Shown here piece after piece: positions 1-10,673 of a stretch of DNA of 64,000 nt (positions are counted from its first letter, which is position 1; each line of letters opens with the position of its first letter). The DNA comes from an uncultured Candidatus Binatia bacterium (GTDB lineage Bacteria; Desulfobacterota; Binatia; Bin18): contig OZ243961.1 of NCBI GenBank assembly GCA_965214605.1, forward strand, positions 2,272,001 to 2,336,000, given 5' to 3'. Made by a program: the position numbers and the translations under genes. The notes under the pieces are model-generated. The model was not told the DNA's origin. It searched no databases and worked only from the letters and a program-made list of their open reading frames with translations.

Positions 1-3000
1 GCTTTCCTTGCCGTTATTAATTGGAGCCTCCAACTCGAATTCAACTCCTTCCAGCGCTTGTCGCTGGAGATCGTGGTACAGGAGAGTCGTGGAACTTCGC
101 AGCCGTTCGGAACTAAATTGTGGTTGTCTTCCTGTCACCAGATACTCAAGCAATTCCGCCCCTACATGCCGATCCAGAAGACCGTGTTCGAATTTGTTCT
201 TGTAACTGCGCAGGCAACGGTAGCACGATGCGTCGCACCCTTCTGGACAAGCCTTCATCAACAGCAGCGCCCGTTCGAACAGTTCCTGGCCAAGATCGAC
301 GAGTTGCCTAGAAAATCCCGCTCCTCCGGGCAGCGTGTCGTAGAGAAATATCTCCGCCTCATGGCCTTTCTTCCCGCTTGGAGTCAAGGCCGGCCGAAAC
401 TCGGCCATCAGTTCTCCCGCCTCCGTCTCAAGGAGCCGGCAAGCCGCCGACACCAGCGCCTCACTAACAGTCCTCAGGGCAACGGCTGTTGAGGAATAAC
501 CGGGTCGTAAGTTCAGTGGAGGAGCAACACGCATCGAAAACAGCGCAATATCGGTGATGAAATCCGTGCCTAGGACAAGGTGCCGTGTCGGAGTGCCTTC
601 GCAGATCGTTCTGTTGTCCTCAGGGTAGGGTTTGCGGTGCGGCCCGTTAAGTTTCGGATCGTGATCGTAACCCGATTCAATCCGCCCGCATCTTGTGCAG
701 TAGACGTAGCCGTTCCTCTTCGGCCCAGTATTCGATACCAGAAGATGTTGTCGGGCCGTGAGTATGCGGATGCGGTCATTGACCGAAGTCCAGCCACCCG
801 CGTCGCCGGGTGTGCTCATGGTAAGCTTTGCACGGGTCGCATAGCTCGTTTCCGGCATGTCGTCGGGCGAAGTGACTTCTTCAACGTCCAAGGGGTGGGC
901 AAAACCTGGCGGACGCAGCCAGTAACGGCCGGGACCGAAAGTCCCCTCTCCGCCACAGGCTTCGCAGTCGCGCTTTTCGTTTCGATCCGCCTCGCCGATC
1001 TCAAACGTTCTCGCGAAACCACATTCAAGGCATTCCATATAAATGCGCCTCGAATCCCAGGCCTCCATCCTGGCATCCGGAAAGGCGGAATAGATTGCGC
1101 CGGACGTATAGCATTTGCCTGATATCCAAACCTGCTTGCCGGGTGCATACTGCGTCAGGGCAACCGCTAGGCTCTGGGACGGAGCAAACCGCATGATGGG
1201 GCGAAACCAAGACGAACGATCTTGGTCAAATACGTGAAAAGTGGCGACATCCGTCGGGAACGCGTAGCGGGGAAGCACCCCGCAATAGAGAAGCCGGTCG
1301 AGAAGCTTACCGGAATCCGAAACCTGCCGGGGTCGCTCCTCCTCCGGCTCCGGCGCATCCTCGGTCCGGCTGTCATCATCCGTTTGATTCTCCACGGCGG
1401 TTTCTTCAGAACCTAATCGGATCGCCTCGTCAACCGCTTTCAGGCAGTCTTCCTTCATCTTGAGAAGAAGGTTTTCTCGGTCCCCATCGGAAAGTTCATC
1501 GGGTATCCATGAGCGCACTCGCTCCTGCAAATGCTTCTCATATTCAGTCAGCCAGGCCTCGAAATCACCCCGATTCAGCGCCGCCTTGGAGCCATGGAAT
1601 TCAGAGACAGTGCCGAGCACAGCGAACAGATCGTGCCGCATTTGCGGATCGACTTCCGGAAGCCGATCCTGGTGATAATTCTGCAAGAGGAAGGCGCGGA
1701 TGTGACGGCGAACAATATCCGGGTTATCAAGGGTCAATTTGGGATCGACGACATCGCCGCGAATCATGCCGTCTGGTTCTGAAAAGTAATGTTCATCATG
1801 ACTGTCGGCACTACCGAACGCAACGACCGTAGCAACGGCGTTCCCACGGCGACCCGCCCGTCCGCTGCGTTGCTGGTAGTTCGCACGACTTGGCGGCATA
1901 TTCCGCAAGGCCACACCGGAAAGCGTGCCGATGTCAATACCGACCTCCATGGTCGTCGTACTCGAAAGTACATCGATAGCTGTCGATCCGACTCCCTCGC
2001 TCTCCAGTTGAATATCCTGAAAAAGCAGTTCGTTCTCTTCGGCCTTGGAGAAAACGTCATCATTTTGCGGCGCATTTAACTGAGCCGTGTGCTCGGCGGC
2101 GATGAGGGCCATGGGGCGACGTGGCGGGTTATCAAGCGCCGCTACGACGGGTTTGCGGTAGAATCCTTTGCGGGCCAAAAAGACCAGGTCCATATCTGGA
2201 TCTATACGCCGGACATCCTCCCTGCCACAATCGAGGCAATGTAGCAGTCCCGGCACCGGCCGGTGAACGGACTTGCAACTCGGGCAGTGAGCCCACCCGC
2301 CCTCGAAATGGAGAGACAATTCATTACCTCTGAGACGCATGTACCCGTTCCCGAAATCCTCCGTAAACATCTCCAGCAGTTTCGGAGACCATTGATTCCA
2401 GAAAATCTTCCGAGCCGCCTTGTCTGGAAGAACAGTATCCATGGCCCGAAATTTACCCTTCTGGCCTTTGACCTTCTGATTCCACCATGCTAGGGGCATG
2501 GCGTTCAGCCAGAAACCACGGCGCTGCCAGCAGCGCAGCCAGGCCCGCACAAGCCCCAACCGCGCCTCGGGAGTGTCCACAATTCCTGGAATCCCCGCCA
2601 GGTTTTCAAGGTCGGCGGTATGTTTGCCCCGTTCCCCAATTGAAGCTAGCGCAAGTGCCTCGAAACCAAGAAACCGATCCTGAATGGTTGTGACAATGTT
2701 GTCGAGCAAGGATTCCGGCGGGCTCTGGTGGTGAAATTCCATATATAGGGTTCCTAAGCCAGTTTCGTTTTTGGTCTGGCCGCTTTGGACTGCCTTTTCC
2801 ACGATGGCATCGGCCTTAAAGCTTTCGCCTGGTTTCATCTCAGGGCGAAGGCGTACATTCAACTCCTTCGACGCCAGCAAAACCGCGAGATAAAGATCAT
2901 CAAGACTCAGATTGGCACCGAAGGCGGGCACACCCTGAAGCCTGCGGTAACCATACGCAATTAGTGGGCGAAGCGAATCACGAACCGAATACATCTGGAG

Positions 3001-5310
3001 GTTGGGCGCAAGCCGGGCGGCGACTTGCCTCGAATCGGAAAAGGTCAGTACCTTGCGGCGCTGTAGAGGTGCAAAACGGGTAGGCTCCACGGGAGCCGGC
3101 GGCTGAATTTGAATCTGTTGCGCGACAAGCGCCTGGAAAGGCTGATCGCCTTTAGTCTGATGATCCTGCACGTAGGAGCGGCCAAACCGTGCCGTCTTGT
3201 TGCAAACTGCGCATCTGATGAATCGGCCACGCGCCTCAATTGTCCCAAATTCCTCATCGTCATCATCTTCCATCGAGGCGGCCACGCGGGATCCGTGGAC
3301 AAATACGGTCCGCACGCGCGAACCAAGCACTGGGGGGTTGAGGCGTCCCGTCTCAAGATCGTAGTCGGCGGGTTCAGCCATATCTTCGAGGGTCGGATTT
3401 TCGAGAAGTAGATCCAAGGCCAATAATGGTCCAATATCCCCATCAGCCATGTGGAGTTGCTGTCCCGGCTTGGACCAAAGCGCCGTCGGAACATCAATAT
3501 CATCGGTGTAGGCTTTCGCGTACGCCGTGCCGCAATTGCGGCACGTGTACAATTCCAGAACTCGCGCGCCGCACTCGCAGCGCTCACGAGGTTGACCGAA
3601 CATCTTGCCGCAGATACCGCCCTCGTAACCATCTTCGATTTCGGTGCAATTCGGGTCCATGCATACCCAGAGACCAGGTATTCCTCGGAAAAAATTATGA
3701 ATGCGACAGGGCAAAAGGCCGGGCGTGTCGGGCTCCGTCCGCGCTACACTTCCTAGAGCGATCAGGGCATTAACTGCACTATCAGTTCGTTCAGCAGACA
3801 CTGCCGGGAAAAGTTTCCCCCCGAGTTCCGTCAGTTGCAGCGCCTCCCTCATGGTTAGATTGACGAGTAGCCCCATTGGTCCATAATCCACAAGGGCGTA
3901 ATAAAGTGCGGCCTCAGATTTATCGACACCGGATACACCCCGGTAATCGAGAAGAGGCTGGATGGCGGCAATTCGCTGTGAATCCGTGTCCGCCTTGTAA
4001 TATTCCTCAAGATCGATCAACGAAAGAATTTCTGCATCCTCGCCCGTTCCGGGCGACTCATTGGTTATCAGGTCCAGCGAGCCAGTGATCGCCACAAACG
4101 TGTCTGCGGGAATTCCAGAGATTTGCGTGCCAAACTGCAAAACATATTCCTGGTCCCTGAAACTCGCAGTCGCGCAAATTACCTGCAGGCGCTCTACCGG
4201 AATGCCCAAGCGGTCACGCAGTCGTCTGAGAAGAAGACCGACTTCAGCGCCGGCAGCGCCTCTGTATAGATGAGCCTCGTCGAGAACTACCAGAAACTTT
4301 TCGTCAGGATTGCTCTCAAGCCATTCATGCGTTTTATCGAAAATGGATCGCTCGATAGGACGCATCAACATGTATTCCAGCATCGAATAGTTGGTCACCA
4401 GAATATCTGGGGGCGCCACTTGGACCTCGTGACGTGTAAGCAATTCAGAATCGTCCTGCAACGTGACAGCTCTCTGGAATTCGCCAGACTTTGGGTTTTG
4501 CCACCGGCTGTTTTTTTCACCCAGCCATGCAGCAACATCAGGCTTGGCTGGCCATTTGCCATGTTCTTTCAGGTCCTGTAAAAGATGCCATGCCTTGTTG
4601 CGTTCCTCAGGTTGCCCGGTTTGTGTGCGGCGTTGAATATCCGCGTAGAACTCGTCGAACGATTTGAGTTTCCTGGAGTCTTTCTCCCTGGTGCGGATGC
4701 CTGCATACGGCGTTCTGCTCGTATAACGGGCGAAGCGAGGCGGCCGGCCGGACCAGTCTTTGAACAGCTTTACAATCCTGGGGTCGCCGAACAGGCCCCG
4801 CAACCGCCCAAGTTGGTCGTTAACAAGGGCATTCATCGGATAAAGAATGAGTGCCCGCATGGCTGGTTGACAACCGAAGGAGGTAGGTTTGGTTTTCGCC
4901 TCATGAGCAAGTTTGCCCAAGATCGGCAACAGGAAGGACTCGGTCTTACCAGAACCCGTCCCCGTCATAATGACAAGACTTTTTCCATCGACAAGGCTGC
5001 CACGGATGGCGTCAGATTGATGCCTATATGGTGGGTCGTAAACAAGTTGCGGAAGCCCCTCCTCCTTAAGTGACACGGCCACATAAGCTTCAAGGGCTGC
5101 GGGTGGAAGGCCCTGCATCTTGCTAAAGTTCTCGCCGGTCTGATAACGAGGCGTCGATTCGAGATACGGGGCCTGATGGATCAGGCCGGGACGGTTGAGC
5201 AGTTCTTTCCGCCGAGCGATAAGAGACGGAGCGCTGATATGATAGGTGGCTTCGATATAGTCACTGAGCGAACCGTGAAGCTGCTCGATTGACTCCTGTA
5301 TCGTCTGCAT
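1..5310 (-). CDS. druE: DruE-like large DEAD/DEAH helicase with C-terminal DUF1998; 3' end lies outside the window (>1770 aa)
   Basis: Absent from the ORF track because there is no stop codon in the window. Manual translation from ATG 5310 gives MQTIQESIEQLHGSLSDYIEATYHIS...TGTGSGKTESF (Walker A) and YPMNALVNDQ. Near 150-350 it reads IFLYDTLPGGAGF...CPEGCDASCYRCLRSY (DUF1998 Cys motif). Frame is consistent at both ends. Confidence 0.88.
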   Translation of the reverse strand, partial: MQTIQESIEQLHGSLSDYIEATYHISAPSLIARRKELLNRPGLIHQAPYLESTPRYQTGENFSKMQGLPPAALEAYVAVSLKEEGLPQLVYDPPYRHQSDAIRGSLVDGKSLVIMTGTGSGKTESFLLPILGKLAHEAKTKPTSFGCQPAMRALILYPMNALVNDQLGRLRGLFGDPRIVKLFKDWSGRPPRFARYTSRTPYAGIRTREKDSRKLKSFDEFYADIQRRTQTGQPEERNKAWHLLQDLKEHGKWPAKPDVAAWLGEKNSRWQNPKSGEFQRAVTLQDDSELLTRHEVQVAPPDILVTNYSMLEYMLMRPIERSIFDKTHEWLESNPDEKFLVVLDEAHLYRGAAGAEVGLLLRRLRDRLGIPVERLQVICATASFRDQEYVLQFGTQISGIPADTFVAITGSLDLITNESPGTGEDAEILSLIDLEEYYKADTDSQRIAAIQPLLDYRGVSGVDKSEAALYYALVDYGPMGLLVNLTMREALQLTELGGKLFPAVSAERTDSAVNALIALGSVARTEPDTPGLLPCRIHNFFRGIPGLWVCMDPNCTEIEDGYEGGICGKMFGQPRERCECGARVLELYTCRNCGTAYAKAYTDDIDVPTALWSKPGQQLHMADGDIGPLLALDLLLENPTLEDMAEPADYDLETGRLNPPVLGSRVRTVFVHGSRVAASMEDDDDEEFGTIEARGRFIRCAVCNKTARFGRSYVQDHQTKGDQPFQALVAQQIQIQPPAPVEPTRFAPLQRRKVLTFSDSRQVAARLAPNLQMYSVRDSLRPLIAYGYRRLQGVPAFGANLSLDDLYLAVLLASKELNVRLRPEMKPGESFKADAIVEKAVQSGQTKNETGLGTLYMEFHHQSPPESLLDNIVTTIQDRFLGFEALALASIGERGKHTADLENLAGIPGIVDTPEARLGLVRAWLRCWQRRGFWLNAMPLAWWNQKVKGQKGKFRAMDTVLPDKAARKIFWNQWSPKLLEMFTEDFGNGYMRLRGNELSLHFEGGWAHCPSCKSVHRPVPGLLHCLDCGREDVRRIDPDMDLVFLARKGFYRKPVVAALDNPPRRPMALIAAEHTAQLNAPQNDDVFSKAEENELLFQDIQLESEGVGSTAIDVLSSTTTMEVGIDIGTLSGVALRNMPPSRANYQQRSGRAGRRGNAVATVVAFGSADSHDEHYFSEPDGMIRGDVVDPKLTLDNPDIVRRHIRAFLLQNYHQDRLPEVDPQMRHDLFAVLGTVSEFHGSKAALNRGDFEAWLTEYEKHLQERVRSWIPDELSDGDRENLLLKMKEDCLKAVDEAIRLGSEETAVENQTDDDSRTEDAPEPEEERPRQVSDSGKLLDRLLYCGVLPRYAFPTDVATFHVFDQDRSSWFRPIMRFAPSQSLAVALTQYAPGKQVWISGKCYTSGAIYSAFPDARMEAWDSRRIYMECLECGFARTFEIGEADRNEKRDCEACGGEGTFGPGRYWLRPPGFAHPLDVEEVTSPDDMPETSYATRAKLTMSTPGDAGGWTSVNDRIRILTARQHLLVSNTGPKRNGYVYCTRCGRIESGYDHDPKLNGPHRKPYPEDNRTICEGTPTRHLVLGTDFITDIALFSMRVAPPLNLRPGYSSTAVALRTVSEALVSAACRLLETEAGELMAEFRPALTPSGKKGHEAEIFLYDTLPGGAGFSRQLVDLGQELFERALLLMKACPEGCDASCYRCLRSYKNKFEHGLLDRHVGAELLEYLVTGRQPQFSSERLRSSTTLLYHDLQRQALEGVEFELEAPINNGKES

Positions 5311-5321
5311 TCCCGCTCCCT

Positions 5322-6404
5322 TTACCCCGCGTCATTCAGACGCGAGAGCCAAAGCCGTTCCTGAAGGAAACGTTCCTCGCTTTCCGCCGCCTTCGCCGGA
5401 AGCCAATACGACATCAGACTACGTTGCCGAGGCGCCGAAGCTCCAAAAATCATGAGACGCCGCTGCGACCACTCCGGCAAGGGCGCATAGAAATCCAGCC
5501 GGACACCATCACCATCATGCTTGCGCCGGTAGACCTGAGGGCTTTGGCGACAATGGTCAATTGCCATTTGCAGATGCCACGCTTCATCACAGCCACGCCA
5601 TCGGGATTTCTTGAGTGGCAGATCCAGAATCCGAACAACCGTTCCCGCCTTCAACTCGGCAAAGCACCAGATGGGCGCTCCATACTCTTGGGGGCGCCTC
5701 GCCACGAAGACGCCCGTCCGGTTTCCGGGGTGGCCCCAACGTCCGCGATAGTAGGTAACGGGTTGTTCAGGGTCCAGAACCTCTAGGTCATTGATAGCGC
5801 CGCTTGGCGGTTGCTCCAGAAGCCGTCGGGTAAACCGGCCCAAATGATCTCTGGGAGATTCCATTTTCGGACTTTTGAGCCATACATCCATGGTCAATTG
5901 TTGCAGTCCCAACTCACGCAACGCGCTGGGCAAATCCTCATCAGATTCAGGTGCAATCACTCGGGTCAAGCCATCATAGGTGATACGGGATGCCAGTGAT
6001 TGCGGCAGGTAAACATCCTGATCGGGAACAATACCAAGAAGAAAAATGTCTCCACGTGTCCTCAAGACAAAACTTGGCGGGGCGGCGAACACCCAAGTTC
6101 CCCTGACCTCGGGGTCAACAGCTGTGACGTCATGAAGTTCCAGAAAATCTCCCCCTATGATAAGGCCCTCGATTGCCGTGTCGACGCGTTCGGACAGATC
6201 TGTTCCGGCCGTGGAAAGGTGTTGAAGACTTTCGAGGAGGGATGCGCGCAGAGTGGTGCGGGAGCAGGGGCAATGGATACCCGCGCCACGCCGGAGCAAA
6301 GCGGCGAGCACAGTATCGTCCAGGGGGTTTTCCGGATCATTGGTCAGACCCAGCATTTGCCGGCATTCGGTGAGCACGTCAGCTTTCGTTACACGGGTAA
6401 TCAT
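5322..6404 (-). CDS. Druantia DruD-like protein (360 aa)
   Basis: Long ORF directly upstream of druE in the same operon; size and position fit DruD of type I Druantia. Confidence 0.65.
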   Translation of the reverse strand: MITRVTKADVLTECRQMLGLTNDPENPLDDTVLAALLRRGAGIHCPCSRTTLRASLLESLQHLSTAGTDLSERVDTAIEGLIIGGDFLELHDVTAVDPEVRGTWVFAAPPSFVLRTRGDIFLLGIVPDQDVYLPQSLASRITYDGLTRVIAPESDEDLPSALRELGLQQLTMDVWLKSPKMESPRDHLGRFTRRLLEQPPSGAINDLEVLDPEQPVTYYRGRWGHPGNRTGVFVARRPQEYGAPIWCFAELKAGTVVRILDLPLKKSRWRGCDEAWHLQMAIDHCRQSPQVYRRKHDGDGVRLDFYAPLPEWSQRRLMIFGASAPRQRSLMSYWLPAKAAESEERFLQERLWLSRLNDAG

Positions 6405-6413
6405 GGCTTCGGC

Positions 6414-9266
6414 CTAGAAGGGAGGGGACTCGGATTGGTCTTTACTCTGGATAGCGCACGCAAGGAAACGAGCTCCACGCAAAATCGCCCGGTTACCTCG
6501 AACCGCATCGAGCAATGTATCTAGTTCCTTGCCGAACATACGGGGAAGCAGGTGGGCCTCAGTGCCTAACCTAAGGGCGAAATCGGATAGCACCCGATCG
6601 GTACTCACGTCATATCTGGCTGCCAGTTCCGAATACCATCGTGACATTTCGGCAGAGTTGTAGACTGCTTGGCCACATTGTCGGCGTAGCACCGCAGAAA
6701 ATCCTGTGTACCGTCTCTGCACGTTCTTTAGGAGGTTGTCGAGAGCGTTCACGGAATCTGACGCGTTCCAGAATTCAACTTCCGCGCGTGCCCATTGTTG
6801 GCCACAGAGCTTTTCGTAGATGATTTTGAGCAAACCTTCCACGATTTGGTTCCGTCGAATGTTGACAAGAGGGCCGAACTGCCTAGCGTTATACCAATCT
6901 GCATAGAGACGTAACGAATCCGCCAATGCAACAGAATTGTCACGCAGTCCAGCAAAATCAGGAGTGATTCCGAGACCTTTGAGGCCGCTGGCTGTCAGAC
7001 CTGCACTGACGACCACCACGTCTCTGCAACCTCCCTGACTCGCCTGAACCAGCCCGCCAGGCGGTTCAATGGAAATCCCGGATAGTGCCCTTGTTGATGA
7101 GCGACGTTCTGCCTTGAGTGGATGGGTCATGCTGAAGAAAAGGACGTCAGGGGTGGACTCTTCCAAGCCGGTGTCGTCGATCAGTCTGGCGACAACATCG
7201 CCGCCACCGCGGCGAACAACCCAGCGCAGAGGGATCACGTCGTGTTCAAAATGGAACGAAAATCTGCCTAGCTCCTCTCCTACTATATCGAGTTGGCCAT
7301 TAGCGGCTTCGAGATAACGCCACGCGTTCTGTTCACGTTCCAGAAACCGGGCAAATCTTTCTCGCCACGCAGTCGAAAGGATCGGCAGTTCCATAGGGCC
7401 GCCAATCTGTTCCGATAGAATCTCGTTACCGTTTCTATTCTTGAGAGAGACGACTAACCTCACCGAACGACTTCCGGGACCCAGCACGGACAGACTCGCC
7501 TCGTTTCTCCAGAAAATATCCAGATTGGCGTCGTGAGGATCAAGTGTTGCAATCAGGCCACCGTGGGAGGCAACGCCGGGGGTCCATGGCTCAGGCTCTC
7601 GCACATAAAGATCGACGAAGCCCTCAGCCGCGGGTGTCGGAACAATAGAATCCAGAGCAGGGCTGCGGCGCGCTTTGATTGTAAGGGTGTGATTACCCGT
7701 CGGAAGCGGTGCGAGCCGTACGAAAATAGGATCGCCCAGTTCCCCTGCTTCGATTTCCTCCTCAACATCATCATTGAGGCAGAGCGTATATGTGTCTACG
7801 GGGTGATCGTGCATAACCCCGAAGCATGGCGCTTCAGTCGTGAGCCATTCGCTGTGTCCTTCACCATCCCACCCGCGGCCGGAAAGACCGGCAGGCCAGA
7901 TTCGGATTGTCCGCGCCACTTGCAGGTCGAGCCCCTTGAGCCATGCAGTATCCTCCACCGACACCTCAGAAGGCATCTCTAGCCGAAAGGCGTTTATGCC
8001 GGCACAATCTATGTGACAAGCAGTCATCCCAGGATATTGATCGGGCAACTTTCCGGTCGTGACGACAATATAGCTGCAATTGGGCCGAACGATGCGACCC
8101 GCAATTTCCCGAGCCAAGCCGTCGGTTCCAATGCGGAACAACCAGATCGGTCCGCGATTCAGGCGACATTCGGTTTCAAGAATATTGTCGATTCGTCCGT
8201 GAGGTCGCTCGAATTGCAAGAGTGGCTTTTCCGGGTCGGGCCAGGACCTCAGCACCCCTTTTCTGTTCCCAGAAAGCAGCCATCCAGCGGGTTTGAAATC
8301 ATCGGCTCCGTTAAGGCGACATCTGCTGCGCTTCAGAAAAGACTGAATGTCTGCACCTAGTGTGGCGACATTTCGGAACGACGGAATTTCCAACCGGACA
8401 GACCAGTTGCCCCCGCCCCTATAGCCCAGCATGATGCTAGGCCGCACGCCATATTGCAGCGCCTCCTGGTGCTGCGGAGTCCCGTGAGGAGCAGACGACC
8501 GGAACAATCCGCGGCCTATTCCTCTGAATCGATCCTTGACGAAACGACGTGTTTCCTTCAGCCATTCACGCGTGTTGCGAACCCTATCCAGATCTTCAAC
8601 GATCCGTTGAAGGGTCGGCGGATAAATTGGCTCGCTACCCTCGACCGATTCCTCTCCCAGAAGGGCCAGGACGATCCGCCCTGTCAGGGCCTCCTGCTGC
8701 AGAAACTTCTGGAAGCGAGTGGAAGCATGGTAGGCGTTTTCCCACAATAGCCGTCCGATATAGGCTGGTTCCAGCGTTGCCAGACTTGCGAGGCGGTAGC
8801 GCAGATCAAAAAGTGTTTTGGCAAACTGGATCTGCAGGTATTTCGGCAGAATTGCGTGGGTTATGGGTTTTGAGATGATGCTGAAATGATTAGCCCATCG
8901 GCCGGACGGAACTACGCCGTCGTAGGTGTTCTGGAATCTCGTGAACCAACGAGAAAGTTGATGCCGATCCTTAGCCTCCCATGCGGGTGTCTCCGCCTCG
9001 AACGACGGCCAATACTCGTCCCCTTTGTATTTGTAACCTTGCTCAGTAGCGTAGATTACCCAGAGAAGCCAGTGCGGCGACGCCGGGAGCCCAGCGTTAA
9101 GGCGGAAACGGAGCAACGATGAGACTTCGTCGATTTCTTCATCATTGAGACCATGTTCAAGAGCAAAAAGATGGAGCCCTGAATCCGTGCGGCTGCGGGC
9201 AAGGGATTCAAAGTGCCTTCCAACACGGTTCTGCCATTGTTCAAGAGAATTGGCAGGCTCGCCCAT
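6414..9266 (-). CDS. Large Druantia accessory protein (~950 aa), probably DruB and DruC in one ORF
   Basis: Single uninterrupted ORF between the druA-like and druD-like genes; ATG at 9266 (MGEPANS). Confidence 0.6.
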   Translation of the reverse strand: MGEPANSLEQWQNRVGRHFESLARSRTDSGLHLFALEHGLNDEEIDEVSSLLRFRLNAGLPASPHWLLWVIYATEQGYKYKGDEYWPSFEAETPAWEAKDRHQLSRWFTRFQNTYDGVVPSGRWANHFSIISKPITHAILPKYLQIQFAKTLFDLRYRLASLATLEPAYIGRLLWENAYHASTRFQKFLQQEALTGRIVLALLGEESVEGSEPIYPPTLQRIVEDLDRVRNTREWLKETRRFVKDRFRGIGRGLFRSSAPHGTPQHQEALQYGVRPSIMLGYRGGGNWSVRLEIPSFRNVATLGADIQSFLKRSRCRLNGADDFKPAGWLLSGNRKGVLRSWPDPEKPLLQFERPHGRIDNILETECRLNRGPIWLFRIGTDGLAREIAGRIVRPNCSYIVVTTGKLPDQYPGMTACHIDCAGINAFRLEMPSEVSVEDTAWLKGLDLQVARTIRIWPAGLSGRGWDGEGHSEWLTTEAPCFGVMHDHPVDTYTLCLNDDVEEEIEAGELGDPIFVRLAPLPTGNHTLTIKARRSPALDSIVPTPAAEGFVDLYVREPEPWTPGVASHGGLIATLDPHDANLDIFWRNEASLSVLGPGSRSVRLVVSLKNRNGNEILSEQIGGPMELPILSTAWRERFARFLEREQNAWRYLEAANGQLDIVGEELGRFSFHFEHDVIPLRWVVRRGGGDVVARLIDDTGLEESTPDVLFFSMTHPLKAERRSSTRALSGISIEPPGGLVQASQGGCRDVVVVSAGLTASGLKGLGITPDFAGLRDNSVALADSLRLYADWYNARQFGPLVNIRRNQIVEGLLKIIYEKLCGQQWARAEVEFWNASDSVNALDNLLKNVQRRYTGFSAVLRRQCGQAVYNSAEMSRWYSELAARYDVSTDRVLSDFALRLGTEAHLLPRMFGKELDTLLDAVRGNRAILRGARFLACAIQSKDQSESPPF

Positions 9267-9282
9267 ATTTTTTTCCTTAGCT

Positions 9283-10476
9283 TTACGGCTTGCCGGACGA
9301 CATTGTAAGATCACCTCTGATGCTGCGGTTCCGATTGCTCAACAGTTCGAGGAGGTCTTCACGTGTCCAGTTTCGGTATTCGGTCCGCCGCTGCGAACGC
9401 GGCAATATCCAGCGATCCAGTGCCAATTGAGATACCCCGCTGACATCAAGGAGCGATGAGAGGTCAGGATGCCCTTGGCCTGTACGGAGCAATTTCTTCG
9501 CGTTTGAGGCCAACAGGCAGAGGAAAACCTCCCGTTGAACCCCATGGCGTAGCAGATCTCCCTTGAATCCCAATTCCCTCAAAGCAGCCCGCATGGTACG
9601 CAAACGCCAATTTGGCCCACTCCCGAAGCGGTGAAGATCGGCATATGGATGTTCGATTTCGCGCAGATAGTTTCGTAATTCGGTGAACAACCTGTCGGGA
9701 ATATGAAAGTGACCCCATCCGGCGGTATAGCCAATAGACCTGAAATACTCGATGCCGTCCAGTTTCAGCCTGTTGTATACCGAGGAGCGACCCAAGGACG
9801 ACGATGTCGTGACAGCAAGAAGACGCGCCTCCTTCCTCTGCTGCGAAATGATGCCGGTCGTTCCTCCGTACGCACGTATGAAATCCTTGTATACTTCGCG
9901 AGTCCGAACCAGACAGGCAACCAGCTTGCCACCGAGCAAGGTGTTGTATGGTGGCAGGGATCCAAGAACATAGGCGTCCATGACATTGACGAGACGCGCC
10001 CTGCGGTCGTGGACGTTCCATTCGATGAGGTCGTCCCGCACAGAGAGGTTGAAAACTGGGTCTCCGATCGCAAGCAGCCCGAGCAATTTCTGATTGTTTC
10101 CGTCCCATACAAGATACCTGAGACGGCGGCCAAACCCGTTCGATACCGGAACAGACCATGTCAGAGACGCCAGCCTGAATAACTCGGACTGCCATGTGTC
10201 TGAAGATATTCTGTCGAGAACCGGCAAGATATTGTGCGGCTCGACCTCTTGGCCGGCAGCGAAATGTTTGAGTAATACCGGAGTACGTCGCGCCAAAAAC
10301 TCACGGTTCTTCTCTAGTAGATCACGCCTCTGCGATTCGTGAAGTGCACGTATGACATCCTTGCCGCTACCTTCAATTGCAAGGGCGCCTTCAGTCGTTT
10401 TATGAAACCCGATCTTACGGAGATGGCGACGAATTCTTCTCTTGAGAGTTGCTTTTCTAGAAGAAATATTGATGAC
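9283..10476 (-). CDS. druA: Druantia DruA (DUF4338-like) protein; start codon unclear
   Basis: Motifs WSVPVSNGFGRRLRYL, GDPVFNLSVRD, PPYNTLLGGKLVA and SSLGRSSVYNRL are typical of DruA. The frame stays open 60 codons upstream of TTG 10296, to a TAA at 10477-10479. Confidence 0.8.
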   Translation of the reverse strand, partial: VINISSRKATLKRRIRRHLRKIGFHKTTEGALAIEGSGKDVIRALHESQRRDLLEKNREFLARRTPVLLKHFAAGQEVEPHNILPVLDRISSDTWQSELFRLASLTWSVPVSNGFGRRLRYLVWDGNNQKLLGLLAIGDPVFNLSVRDDLIEWNVHDRRARLVNVMDAYVLGSLPPYNTLLGGKLVACLVRTREVYKDFIRAYGGTTGIISQQRKEARLLAVTTSSSLGRSSVYNRLKLDGIEYFRSIGYTAGWGHFHIPDRLFTELRNYLREIEHPYADLHRFGSGPNWRLRTMRAALRELGFKGDLLRHGVQREVFLCLLASNAKKLLRTGQGHPDLSSLLDVSGVSQLALDRWILPRSQRRTEYRNWTREDLLELLSNRNRSIRGDLTMSSGKP

Positions 10477-10673
10477 TTATTGTTTCAGGTGCTTCTCACT
10501 TAGTACTACAGTTGTAGTTTAAGCGATGACATGGATGTTGCTCTCATTTTAACGCGAAAGACCTCTGATATCGGCAGATTTTTCGTCCATTGGGGTAGCT
10601 GCGTATCTCCATTATCAGCGGTGCCAAGGCGGTAATTGTAAATTGCACTAAACAACGAAAACGGTCAGTCAGA

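Noticed and set aside
8-5073. Numerous short ORFs on both strands
   Set aside because: They are shadow frames of the long minus-strand druE ORF missed by the track.
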